NCBI RefSeq assembly: GCF_032191835.1
Contig: NC_083225.1
Location: 154,814,001-154,878,000 of the forward strand
DNA from: Heteronotia binoei
Taxonomy: Eukaryota
Reading direction: 5' to 3'
DNA: 64,000 bases
Shown here: in pieces, positions 24,939 through 36,865 of the stretch
Position numbering within the stretch: the first letter of the stretch is position 1
How the letters are laid out: each line of letters starts with the position of its first letter
Made by a program: the position numbers and the translations under genes
Notes under the pieces: model-generated
Database searches by the model: none
What the model saw: the letters and a program-made list of their open reading frames with translations, nothing else
Told to the model about the DNA's origin: nothing

Positions 24939-27091
24939 GAATTTGTTTAGACAATTAGAAAGAACAAAGAAAGAGGAGGAAACCATCTCATGAACAGTAG
25001 AACCCCAAAAGAGCTTTCCAAGCACTGGAGTGTAGGGCTACTATAGGCAGCACCTTACATTTCCTGTTGTTATAAAAGCAGAGAGAGAAAGAGTTACTTT
25101 GTTCTTCTCTTTTTTCATATTGTGATTTTGAAAGCCACTTTTGCCCCCCCCCGGCCCCCAACTTCCAACTACTGAACGGAGAACCCAGCAGTGAGCACAT
25201 GAGGAGAGAGGTTGCTCCCTGGAAAACATGTATAAAGACGGCAGCCATCTATCTGCCTGGTGTGCTCAGAAGTCGATGGAGCAAGTTGTGTGTGTCCTAC
25301 ATGAGGAAGGAGGGACTCTGTGTGTGTGTGTGTGTGCGTGTGGACAAAGGGAGAATCAATTGTTTTTTTCAAAAGCAAAGAAGGCACAGAATCTCAGCTC
25401 AGCTTCAAACACAGCACAACCCCAGGGGCTCTCTCTGGGGAGGGCAACTAAAGGAAGGCCCACGCTGGCAGCTCTCCCTCAGTGACCTCCCTGCCCATTT
25501 GGAAGAAAAGAAAAGTTAGGGTGAGGCAGAGTGGAAGTGGAAGAGCGCTTGTGGCTGACCTTTAGGAACCCCATTTCCAGTGCATGGCGGAAGGTGGAGA
25601 AGAGCCCGTGGAACAAGCCGCCTCGTTCGTAGTGCCAGGGTTAGATTGGAAAGATGTCTGTTGTCAGTGCAGAAGGAAAGCCTCTTCAGTGCTTTTGAGG
25701 GGAGTGTTTTCCCTTTAAGGAGATCAGTGTGTCAGCATTACAAATGAGGCAGGTCTGGACGGCGGGACTCCGGAAGGTGTCCCTTGGCTCTGCCTCCTCG
25801 AGGTATTAGGAAACGGCCCCCTGGCTCTGAATCCCCCTCTGGGGCATGAAAGACCCTCATCGGTTTCTAAACAATCCATTTTGATTAAGGCTAGTTAAAT
25901 TGCAAGAGTCAGAACCTGTCAAGCCGCATGGGCAGGTGAGAAGTGAGGGTGACCAGGCCTTGCGCCAGCCTGCTATGATGGGATGCCACTTGGAGCTGGC
26001 CAGGCTGCAAATGGCATATGGGGGGGAGAGAGAGATTAGGGGGCCAATGCAGCCAGAAGCCATCCCTGGGCTGCTCCTTACTCACTCTTTCCCCCTCCTC
26101 CCAGTACTAAAAAGAAGCCCAAAAGAGGGAAGGTTCAATGTGACACCTCCGTGTGAACATTCCTCAGATGCCTGGCCAGCCCCATCAGCCCTGTAGGGAG
26201 ACCCTGCCATGCAAAAGGCCTAAGCGTCAAAGCCCAGCTCCGGGGAAAGGGAAGCCACATGTCTGGGGAAACACAGCAGCCCATTTAAGCAAGGGAGGCT
26301 TCAGCTATCCATCCTGCATCATTCCTCAAACTCCTCCTCTCAGCAACAGCAGCAGCAGCATGTTCTGGTGCCAAGCAGCTCATCAAAGGCAGGGGGGCAA
26401 AGCTGGGGTGACAGCGGTTTCCATGGTGGTGACGAAGGTGCAAGAAAGCATCCAAAAAACTAGTGCAGGGAGAACATCCAGTTGGGGAAGCAAAGAGAGG
26501 GGAGGGAGACCAAAAGAAGAAATAAAGACACAAACATAATTCTCCAGCCATTTCTCCCTAACCCCAATCCTTTTCTTGCTTTGCCTGATTTGTGATTATC
26601 TCTCTGCCTTGTCCTTCTTGGCCAGAAGCTCACTGCTTGCTCCCTTTTCAGTTTCTGTTTGGAGCCCAGTAGTAGACATGCCAAGGTAAAGCTGTTGAGT
26701 CCTCTCCTCTGAAGGCCCATCCTTTGACCAGAAGACTCTGCAAACCCTGTCTCACCTCACCCACCGTCCTTGTGGCCACCTTCCTGACTTCCCATTAGGC
26801 AGAGCTTGGCAAGCAAGCATGGCATCATTCCCCTGCGATGTGTTGAGTTGCCCCCTTTTCCCCTGGCCTTGGCACATCCAGCTATAGCTGAGGAGCCCCC
26901 TGAGATCATAAGGGTAGGGTAGCAAGGAAAGGACCAGAGGATATACTTGATAGAGGGTGCAAGAGAGCACGAGGAGTGGTTTGATCTTCTCCTTCAATGC
27001 ATTTCAGGCAGGAAGAGGAGAGTCTCGTTTGGATTAGGTCTTCACCCCCCCCACTCAGTGCAACAGGTTCTCATGTTCCTTAGAGCCATGC

Positions 27092-27533
27092 CTACACCAA
27101 AGAGCCTGCTCGGCTCTGAGCGGGCACCATGACAGGCACAGCCCCTATTCTCTCCAGCGTTGCCTGACTCACGGCATAGGAGCGTGTGTGCTGGGGTCTT
27201 GGCTTCCGGCTCACTGAGCCATTGCTCCTGGACATCTCCTGAGGAGAGGGGGCGGTGTTGGTTGTCACCACCAATGTCTTGGGTGGAGGTGGGGTCGGGT
27301 GGCCTCCATTGGCATAGATGGGGCGGGCGTTGGTGCTCCCAGAGCGGGAGAAGGTCTGGCGTGCATCATTGTTGAGGCGAGTGAAGGAGTCTGTGGCATG
27401 GTTGGCTTTGGGGTCATTCCAGTACCGGCTGTTGTAGGTGTTGGATGAGGTGAGAGTGTCATTCTCTGATGAGGAAGCATCGCCATGAAATGCTTTTGTG
27501 GATGAAGAGCATTTGGGTGGCAGATCATCCTCC
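27092..27533 (-). CDS. IGSF11: IGSF11 last coding exon 7 (cytoplasmic tail, PDZ-binding C-terminus)
   Basis: ccttcag|G GAG GAT GAT...; 442 nt to TAG; [10 protein letters not shown]...[23 protein letters not shown]. Exons 2-7 total 1244 nt; adding a 52-nt first exon would give 431 aa, the human length. Confidence 0.97.
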
Positions 27534-27809
27534 CTGAAGGAAGCCAAAGGAGATTATTAGGGTGGCAGTTGTGCACCTTTTTCAATACTCTTATCCTCAG
27601 TATGTTCACAGACACACCCAACACTCTAAATACTACACTATGCTTGGTCTCAGCTACATCATGGAGAAGACAGGCATTGTCATTATAGCCCCATCCACCA
27701 TTACCAGGCCTTGAGTGGTCACAATGCTGCCAGTAATATTCCAGAATGGGGGAGTTTGCCTGTCCTCCATGTGGTGTCCATGGGTACCATGGTGCCTATT
27801 GATACCTTT

Positions 27810-28120
27810 CCTGGCACTGACCAAGTGTTTTTAAAAAGTGCGTGGGGTCAAATGGGGTTTTTGCCTAGCAAAGCTTCTGACTGGCCACTGGAGATTCCAT
27901 TTGCTGTGCAGATTTTTTTTTAAAGATTGCTTTAACAGCAGGTTCCACCACAGTAGAAGGATCCTCACTGTTTGACTGAAAGGAAGATGCAGCAGCCATT
28001 TTGTGACTAGCTCCACCTCCTGTGGTAGCCATTTTGTGGTTGTCATTTTGTGGCCACACCCACCATGCTATGTCAGAATTCCAAAAGTGCCTGCTGGCTC
28101 AAAAAAGTTGAAGACCCCTA
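27810..28120. mobile_element. Degenerate DNA-transposon remnant (gccattttgtg repeats)
   Basis: Repeated cagccattttgtg motifs; a related inverted remnant lies at ~62950-63110. Confidence 0.5.
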
Positions 28121-28565
28121 CCATATCTGATGAGGTAAAGAGCCTAGAGATTCTCCCAGAGCTGTTGCTGGGAGTGCCATTTTCCATTTGTCCTTAATGT
28201 TGAAGCTTTGTTTCTTTCTGGTCTCAGCACTGAGACTCGTGGTCTGTAATTTCCAGGCCTGATTACTACAATGTGTTCTATGTGAGGTTGCCCTAGAAAA
28301 CAATACAGAAATTTCGCCTCATGAAGAAAATGCTGGTCAGCTCCTATCAGGTGCTTGGAGACCTCTATGGCTGTAAAATATTCTGCATCAGTTATAGAGT
28401 TGGGTCCCATGTCATGCATTTTTCCTATATTCCCTTCCCTCTAGTATCCCCTTCCCATCCTGGGAAAGTTGACTCCTGTGTTCTTGAGTCCTGTATGATG
28501 ACAAACTAAGAGCCACATGGATTGAAGGAGAAACTGCAGCAGCAGGAGGGGAAAGAGGCAAAAGT

Positions 28566-28790
28566 CATTTATTTAATTCATTTATACCTCACCTTTCTCT
28601 CCAGTGGAGACCCAAAGTGGCTTACATCATTCTCTCCTCCTATCTGCCATCACAACCCTGTGAGATATATCAGGCTGAGAAAATGTGACTGGCCCAAGGT
28701 CATCCAACAAGCTTTTATGTCATGAGTGGGGATTCAAATATGGATCTCCCAGATACTAGTCTGACACTGTTAACCACTATGCTGCACTGC
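28566..28790 (-). mobile_element. tRNA/CORE SINE
   Basis: Reverse complement of the 59401 family. Confidence 0.75.
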
Positions 28791-30089
28791 CTTTCCTGCC
28801 TTTTCCATCAGCAGAGGAAGGAAAGGGTGGCTTCAATCCTTCAACTTTCAGCCCACCCCTCCCACCTGATTCTTAGTGCATCCATGAGAGACCTGTGACC
28901 CCAGGAATCAACTAGCCCAAGATGGTAAGAGGCTGCTGTGGGGAAAGAAACATGGAAAGAACCCAAATCCTTGTGCTTACGGGTTGCAGGAACCAAACTA
29001 TATTGATTACCAATTGGCTTCTGGAGTTAATTCAAGTTGATGGTTTCAACCTTGAAAGCCTTACATGGCTTGGGATCCTCACACCTCAAGGGCTGTGTCT
29101 CCTTCTGTGAGCCTCACACCAACTGGGAGGTCTGTCCAATAAGCATTGCTCCCTGTTCTATCTCTACAAAGGACTAGGATGGTGGTGGCTACAAACAGAA
29201 ACTCGATGGATGTAGATACAAATCTTCTTTCCTGAAGATGGTTATAATATTTACCTTGTTATAGGGTTCCAAGATACATTACAAGACCTTTCTTTTCCAG
29301 TAGACATCTAGCTGAATTAAGTTCTTCTGTGGTTGTTCTATAGCATGCACCATTTTTTTTTTTTGTTTAATTCATAAATTAAGTTTGGTTCAATTTATGA
29401 ATGCTATTTTTTGTTTAATGTTTAATTACTTAGAGACAACTTGGAAAATTTATATATGAATATCGTAGATAACTAACGAATGTAAAAATCAGGTACGAGA
29501 TCCTTGCATGCTGAAATCTAATTCTTATTGGGAAAGAGGTGCTCTCCTTAGAACATACAGCTCAGTGCAATGCAAGAGGAAGCCAGCTGATATCTGATTG
29601 ATATCTGAGAGATCCTTCCCCCCCCCCCCCCCCGAATTTGATTTGCTTGGCTAAAAAGAAAAAAAACCTTCCAAATAGTGCTGGGGACCCCTTGCAAATG
29701 GCCTGGGCCACACCCATCTACTGCAACCTAAATGTTTGTTTCAGAGAGGGAGCCCTGTTAGTCTGTCAAAGCAAAACAAAACAGTATTTATGTGGCACTT
29801 TAAAGTCTAACAGGATTGTATTTTGCCGTAAGCATTTGTGGACTAAAGGACACTTATTCAGAGGCATTGAGAGAATCCATTCACTGCATCAGAAGAAGTG
29901 GGTTCTAGTCCCTGATGGATAATCTAGGAATAAAATTTTGTTAGTCTTTAAGGTGCTATGGAACTCCTGCCTATTGTGACCTATAGTTTTGTGACATACT
30001 TGCTATTAGGTGGTGAGGGGGCAGAAGAGACAGGGGCAGGGGAAGAGGGAAGAGGGAGGGAGAGAGATGTGGCTTCTCTAAAGTCAAAC

Positions 30090-30240
30090 CTTATCTCATT
30101 GGGAATTTCCTCCTCTTCTTCCTCCTTGTGTTTGTTTTTCCAGTAAAAGAGTGTCACAGCCACCAGAACAATGCAGATGACAAGTACCACTGCTCCTGCT
30201 GCAGCAGCTCCAGCGATCAGGCCAATGCTCCTTGGATGTG
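30090..30240 (-). CDS. IGSF11: IGSF11 coding exon 6 (transmembrane helix and acidic juxtamembrane segment)
   Basis: ttatgcag|CA CAT... to ...ATA AG|gtttga; 151 nt; PHPRSIGLIAGAAAAGAVVLVICIVLVAVTLFYWKNKHKEEEEEEIPNEIR. Confidence 0.97.
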
Positions 30241-32916
30241 CTGCATAAGACATGAAATATATGAGAATCTGAATTGGGAGAAAGCATGGCATGAGTTCAC
30301 ATAGGCACAACTTTTTTTTTTTTTTGCAACATGAGAAGTGCAAGTCTTGCTGAGGTTAGCCTCTCATATATTACTTCTACACATCACTCCATCAAACAGC
30401 ATCAACCAGCATCCAAGCCAGGACCCCTAAAGAGAGCTGGGCAGAAGCAGTTTTGGAATCAAGTCATGACCCTCTGTGCTACAGACTGCTCAGCCTATTT
30501 CAAAAATAACATCTGGTGATTAAAAATATAGTATTCTCACTCAAGAATTAGAACATGCACAAAAGTTAGCCTAGGGCATCCAAAGGATGTGCTCAGGATG
30601 TACTAGGATGTTGCTGAGGTGACAGATGGAAATGAGAAACCAGTGTTTATACAATTGTTGTCATGCTGGAGGTTTTGGGGCATGTACATGCTACAGTGGA
30701 CTGCAGAACCCATTTGATTCTCCGCAACCTTTTCTGGAAGTCTGGCAGAGTGGAATGGTCCCAAGCACTAGAGGTTTGCTCAAAAAGGCCAAACACGAAG
30801 AGGCATGGCCATGCTGAATGGCAGGTAAAATGACCCTTTGCCACATTGGAGTTCTCCTGAGGGTGATCTTGGACTAATCTGGACTGCCACATTTCATGTT
30901 CTGAGTCCTCTAGACATTTCTTCCTTGCTAAGAGGGAAAAAAGACCAATTTTATAAGTCCTAGACTTCATATACAATCATGGTTATTTTTGAAACTTCAT
31001 TTTGTTAATGATTCTTTTTAATTATATTTAATGTCTTCAGTACATTATGTGCCTGATATGTGGCATTTATAAAATAAAATCAAAATTACACTGGACTTTC
31101 CCCTATTTTTTCTCTACTGGTTTTGGTACTACTTTCAGCTTAGCCCCTGATTTCCATACACATTTTTGTGCCTTTAGTTTTTGCTTCTGTTTTGGAAGGC
31201 GTGCAGTTTTTTTCTGGTACCTTTGAGACCGCTTTTAAATTGATCATGTTTTAGAAGCCATTTGGAGTTGAGATTTTCCTTGTGCATCATCTTTCTGTTG
31301 GTTTTATTTGACCCACCCACTCCCATCCACCTCTATCCCACTTTTCATTGGCTGGGCTGTGGTCAACATCAAACCACTCCCTTTCCCCCACCCCTGCCCT
31401 GAAGATGAGTGGCTTAATTTTGATGTTTTTAAAAGGCATATATATATTTGTCAAGCAGTTTCTCTGGATCCCCAGCTTTCATTTTTTTTAAAAGTAAGGC
31501 TCTACCCCCCCCCCCCGCCCTCTGTGATATGTCTTTTTCCTGACAACTCCATGATGGAAGGAACTGGAAACTTACTTTTTGTAAGCTGGAGATTTGAGAA
31601 CTTGCTTGACCTGTTATTACCACGATTTATCAATATAAGCACTCACTAAAATTAGTGGGGTAGTCACAATGAGGACAGCAAACTCCCTTGAAAATCTTGA
31701 TTTTTTAAGGCATGGGCAGAGGAAAATTAGATAACTCTACAACTGTGAAAATGCAGAGGGAGGGGCAGGTGTGCAGAAGAACTGTGCCCAAACCATTTCT
31801 AGTGCTTGCGGATGGACTGCCAAGAAAATCAGGAGTAAGTCAAGTGTACAGAAATGCCCATTGAGAAATGTGTTAACCAGAACAAGACAAAATTGACACA
31901 AGAAAAGAAAGTGGTGCAAAATAAAGATTCAGGTTCATTTTGTAGAAAGGAAATTGAAATGAGGATATTCAAATCAAACCAGGCAGTTTTTCAAATGCAG
32001 TCTTATTCTGCAGAATCCATTACAGAGGCTCCTGTTTCCCTCCCCACATGCTGCCTTCCAAAACCTTTTGTAACAGTTCTGCCCATCCCTAATATAATTG
32101 ATAAACAATTTGCTCTCTTGCTTTATGGTCTGTTCCAAACCTGACAGCACAGTCCCCCTTTTCCTGAGGCAAACCCCATTAGTTTTAGGCTCTCAGTTCC
32201 TGCTTTTTTTTGGGGGGGGGGGGTGAGACAACAAGCTTACATCTGAATTTCTGCACATGGACCAAAGTTTAACATTACTAAAGAAGATGTCATTCTTATA
32301 TTCCTGTGCATAGTGTCACATCAGGACAAAAACTCAAAGACCTCACTTTAGTAAAAATGAGAGGGGATATCTGGATGCTTGCAATGTTTACAAGATCCAC
32401 AAATGTCCAGATCACACATCTAACAGAGATTCAGGGCTCCCACTCATAAGGTCTGTGGTCAAGAACATTCACAATTTTTTAAAAAGGCTAAAACAGTCCT
32501 AGGGAAGGAGGCTATCTAGAGTGGAGCCACAGGATGTGGGATATTTACCACAAAAGGGATTCCTGATTTAGATCACCCAAACCAGAGAGTTTCTTGACCC
32601 ATTGGTGGACAATGGCAAGTACCCGAATCGCTTATCTGTATATGGCTGTTTTTAGGAATTAGTAATCATGCCTAAACTGTTCCTGAGTGAGTGACTCAAC
32701 TTCTCTATGATTGTGCAATAAATAAAACAAGACAGCAACAGAATGGGAATTGGACAACCTACAGCTCCAGCAAAAAGCAATAATGCTTTCCCTGCATCCT
32801 ATTTGTGCATTAATATCTGGTAGACATAAATAGATGTGGAAATGATTTAATGGAACAAAGCCTTGCTTCAGGGATCACAAACAACTATTTTTATTATATA
32901 TTATTGTATTTACAGT

Positions 32917-33660
32917 TAGGGTTTGTAGAATCTTTCGGGCTCAAGTGCCGTGTTCTACTGGAGAAAGTTTTTCTTCCAGACGTTTCGTTCTCAGCTGCGG
33001 AGAACATCCTCAGTGGTGTTGCAGCCGGAGCAGGCGCTCTGACCTTCTTGGCTGCTGTGCATTGAGTGGGGCCAGGGCTGCTGGAGAGCTGCTATTTCTA
33101 GGCTGAAGGGGGTGTGGTGAAAGGGCAATTGGTTTATGGATGTGTCCATTGTTTGGTGGGGCTTCCTGGAAGGGTAGTGATAAGGAAACTGGCTGTTGAG
33201 TGTGACCATTGTTCTGTGTTAATTGCTGGGAGGGTTGGAAGGGGTGTGAAGATAAGGAAGATGGTTGTTGAAGATGGTTGTTCCTTATCTTCACATCCCT
33301 TCCAACCCTCCCAGCAATTAACACAGAACAATGGTCACATTCAACAGCCAGTTTCCTTATCACTACCCTTCCAGGAAGCCCCACCAAACAATGGACACAT
33401 CCACAAACCAATTGCCCTTTCACCACACCCCCTCCAGCCTAGAAATAGCAGCTCTCCAGCAGCCCTGGCCCCACTCAATGCACAGCAGCCAAGAAGGTCA
33501 GAGCGCCTGCTCCAGCTGCAACGCCACTGAGGATGTTCTCCGCAGCTGAGAACGAAATGTCTGGAAGAAAAAACTTTCTCCAGTAGAACACGGCACTTGA
33601 GCCCGAAAGATTCTACAAACCCTAATGATGTTACCAGCCATGAAAACCTGAAATCTTTGA
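32917..33660. mobile_element. Penelope-like element 3' fragment with inverted duplication (fold-back insertion)
   Basis: Arms 32916-33259 and 33281-33625 are reverse complements (7 substitutions, 1 indel), 21-nt spacer; 10-bp direct repeat tatttacagt on both sides; carries a hammerhead core as in PLE pseudo-LTRs. Confidence 0.8.
32976..33016 (-). ncRNA. Minimal type-I hammerhead ribozyme motif (PLE-type)
   Basis: Minus strand reads cca-CUGAGGA-u-GUUCUC-cgcagcu-GAGAAC-GAAAC-GUC-ugg: intact core, 6-bp stem II, GUC triplet, cca/ugg stem I. Confidence 0.75.
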
Positions 33661-33839
33661 TATTTACAGTAAGTTTGTGAAACTAGAATTCAGTTCCCAA
33701 ACTATCACTCAAGTCCTGGTTTGCCTCTACAAATACTAGTTGCCTCTACAAATACCAGTTTCTTTTCCTTGCCTCTGTTGCCTTGGGAGGATTAATTAGA
33801 GAACAAGCCAGAATTAAATTAGAACTCCTGCATTCAGAC

Positions 33840-33998
33840 CAGGCCTCGGATTCAGCAGGAGCTTACAGGAAAGCAGCTCCTGAACCTTTCTGAGAGTTCC
33901 ACCTCCTCCTTCCCACCTTGCCCATTGAATAGTAGGTGCAGCTGCACAACAATTCCTGGATGAGCTCCACCACCTGTTTTTCTACAAAATGACCCCTG
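33840..33998. mobile_element. hAT MITE (caggcctcggattcag...atgacccctg family)
   Basis: Perfect 8-bp TSD attcagac; same family as 38244 and 60046. Confidence 0.88.
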
Positions 33999-33999
33999 A

Positions 34000-34180
34000 T
34001 TCAGACATTATGTGAAACCATAGTTAAAGCTAACTGTGGCTAATAAACTAACCCTTAGATCTTGGCTTCAAATACTGGTTTGATGAATGCAAAGCAGCCA
34101 CAGATACTGGAGTGGCCTGTATTCAACCACACCAATCAGCGTTAGCTTAGTTAAACCATGGTTTTGTGTGATATCTGGAC
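34000..34180. mobile_element. Degenerate palindromic MITE next to the exon 5 donor
   Basis: tcagacattatgtgaaaccatagtt...aaccatggttttgtgtgatatctgga imperfect inverted ends. Confidence 0.45.
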
Positions 34181-34212
34181 CAAGCCAGTGCCTGTCACTA
34201 AAACAAACTTAC

Positions 34213-34335
34213 GTGTAATCACTTGAACTTCCAGAAAACAGGTGCTGCTTCCAATGACATTAGAAGCCACACACTGGTAACGTCCTGATGACATGGTGCT
34301 GATATTGCGCAGAACAACTGTACCCTGAACTTGGT
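34213..34335 (-). CDS. IGSF11: IGSF11 coding exon 5 (second half of IgC2 domain)
   Basis: Not in the ORF track; found by manual translation. ccatccag|AC CAA... to ...ACA C|gtaagt; 123 nt; [41 protein letters not shown]. Confidence 0.96.
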
Positions 34336-35221
34336 CTGGATGGAAAGGAATGAAAAGTTATCAAATTAGGAAGAAAAAAAAACGACCACCAGCTCACCAC
34401 AACTTCAAAAAGACAAATCTAGCACACTGAAAATTCTGCTACAAGACTCTGGGGAGACACCATAGAGAACAATATTAAGGTATTTGTGTTTTTTTTTAAA
34501 AAAAAAAAAACGACATTTAACGCAGATAAGATGAACATTTTCTTCTAAAAGATTGTTTTTTTCATGCATGTGAAAGCTTAGGGCTGAGAAAACAAAACAG
34601 GCAAGTAGCAAGTGCCTCAACAATCTAAATATAGTTCTAACAAGGTGTAAATGTAGGCTGTGCTTGGGCCCCACAGTAAGCAACAGCTTTGCCACGTGTC
34701 TTTTCAAGTCCAGGTTTTTCAAATGGAGGCCAACATTTTACCTGGCTACCCATTCGGAATGAGTGGAAGGTGGGATGGGGTGCAAAGAGAGGCCTTGGTT
34801 GGAGCTGCCAGCAATGCAGCAATGTCACTTTCAGTGTGCACCAGAAGTAACATCATTACTTACATTACCAGTGATGTAGAGATGCTGTGGGTTTTAGTAG
34901 AAGTCATTTTACCATATAATTTTTTACCCAAATTCCAGAGTATCCACGTGTTGTTGGTGACATGATGCCACTTCTGTGGATGGGCATGAACTGGGAAAAT
35001 GTGGTTCAGTTGTGGTTCGGGTGTGCCTGGTTTATGAACCATGGATCATCATAAACTTTTTGAAGCTAGACAAACTGGTTCAGTTTGTGTGGTTTGTGAT
35101 GCAGCAGAAAGGCCCCTCCACATATTAGAGATAGCAAATTTTCAGGAGATCTCCAGCTGATTCTCCTCTATCTTCACTCCAGATTTGGTGAGGATTTGAT
35201 TTAGGGGGTCCAAGTTATGGC

Positions 35222-35423
35222 CAGTGTTCCCTCTGAGCTGAGTTAGTGTGAGCTAGCTCACAGTTTTTTAGCCTCCAGCTCACACGGTTCTGTCTTAGCT
35301 CAGGAAGGATGGCCTTAGAGCAAACTCATTTATGCAGTAGACAAATCACTCACAACTTTAATCCCAGTAGCTCATGAAGTAGAATCTTTGCTCACAAGAC
35401 TCCACAGCTTAGAGGGAGAATTC
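35222..35423. mobile_element. hAT MITE (cagtgttccc family), opposite orientation
   Basis: TSD gttatggc / attatgcc (6/8); a truncated third copy lies at ~57681-57792. Confidence 0.75.
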
Positions 35424-36234
35424 ATTATGCCCCCCGTCCCCCCCCCCCAAAAAAAGGTGTCCCCAACAAAGTGCTTTCTGGGGAAATGGCAGAAATAACA
35501 GGTGCAGGAGTGTATAGAACAGATCCAGTGCAAGCTAAAGGCATCAAACTCCCATGCAACCTCCTGGACTTTCAGTTATGGATCCCCCCCCCCCAAAAAA
35601 AGAAAGGTCTCCCCAGTGCTCTTGCTGGAAAAGATAGCTGAAGTTACAGGAGTCTTTGGAACAGCTCAGGATCAAGCCAGTTACACCAAACTCAGAGGGA
35701 AACTTAACCTGGGCAGAACCCCTGGAGCCAGTCATTGGAAGCAAGACAAGCATCCCCTATATGCTTGCAGCACCCCCTCCAAGTCTCCAAAGGCAAGTTT
35801 TGAAGAACAGAAAGGCAGACATCTCCCAGAGTTCTGACAGGGGCTCCCAAAGTAACCCCATGAGAACTTGGCAGGTACCCTAGCCACACCACATCAGCAA
35901 GGGGAGAAGAGGAGTAGCCTTTGAAGCAAGCTCTCAGGATTGCTCCTAGTACTGCAAAATATGGTTTATGCATTATGAAGTGTTAAAAGCCAGTCCTCTG
36001 CTTGCTTCAAATTCCTGAACACCTCTGTGTGCTGTGAGAGTGAAAGTGGGTGCAAGCGTGCTTGTTGTGGGGGGAAGAAGTCCACAGGCCCCTGTTCCTG
36101 CACGTTAAATCCATCCTGTCATGCCAATGGAGCCCAACCCTAGCAGGGCATCACCAAGGGTCTCAGAGCCTCCTTCCCCTGCTCCATGTGCAGGGGATAG
36201 ATACAGACCACAAGACTCAAAACTGCGTGATTTA

Positions 36235-36384
36235 GGCTGCGATCACACACACTAAATAATGCACTTTCAATCCACTTTCAGTGCACTTTCCAACTGGATT
36301 TTTTCCAGTTCGCAATAAAATGCAGTTGGAAAGTGAACTGAAAGTGGATTGAAAGTGCATTATTTAGTGCGTGTGATCACAATC
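36235..36384. mobile_element. Palindromic MITE (Harbinger-like)
   Basis: 64-bp inverted arms with 4 mismatches (gatcacacacactaaataatgcactttcaatcc...). Confidence 0.75.
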
Positions 36385-36404
36385 ACAGAGTAGCCTGAGG
36401 GAGC

Positions 36405-36865
36405 ACATAAGAGAAGCCATGTTGGATCAGGCCAATGGCCCATCCAGTCCAGCACTCTGTGTCACACAGTGGCCAAAAAAACCAGGTGCCATCAGGAGGT
36501 ACATCAGTGGGGCCAGGACACTAGAAGCCTTTCCACTGTGCTCCCCCCCCCCTCAAGCACCAAGAATACAGAGCATCACTGTCCCAGACAGAGAGTTGCA
36601 ACAATACGCTGTGGCTAATAGCCACTGATGGACCTCTGCTCCAAATGTTTATCCAATCCCCTCTTGAAGCTGTCTATGCTTGCAGCAGCCGCCACATCCT
36701 GTGGCAGTGAATTCCATGTGTAAATCACCCTTTGGGTGAAGAAGTACTTCCTTTTATCTGTTCTAACCCAACTGCTCAGCAATTTCATTGAATATACACA
36801 ACTTCTCATACTGTGAGAAAGGGAGAAAAGTACTTCTTTCTCTGCCTTCTCTATCCCATACATAA
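36405..36865 (-). mobile_element. CR1 LINE 3' fragment
   Basis: Minus-strand ORF ends RTDKRKYFFTQRVIYTWNSLPQDVAAAASIDSFKRGLDKHL, the CR1 ORF2 C-terminus, followed by 3' UTR. Confidence 0.9.

Noticed and set aside
25381-25387. miR-124 7mer-m8 seed match in the putative 3' UTR
   Set aside because: A single 7-mer in ~2 kb has a substantial chance probability; needs conservation data.
28144-28419. 91-aa ORF in intron 6
   Set aside because: No homology I can recognise; no convincing splice structure.
32991-33549. Mirror-image 138-aa and 72-aa ORF pairs
   Set aside because: A consequence of the inverted duplication; not a host gene.
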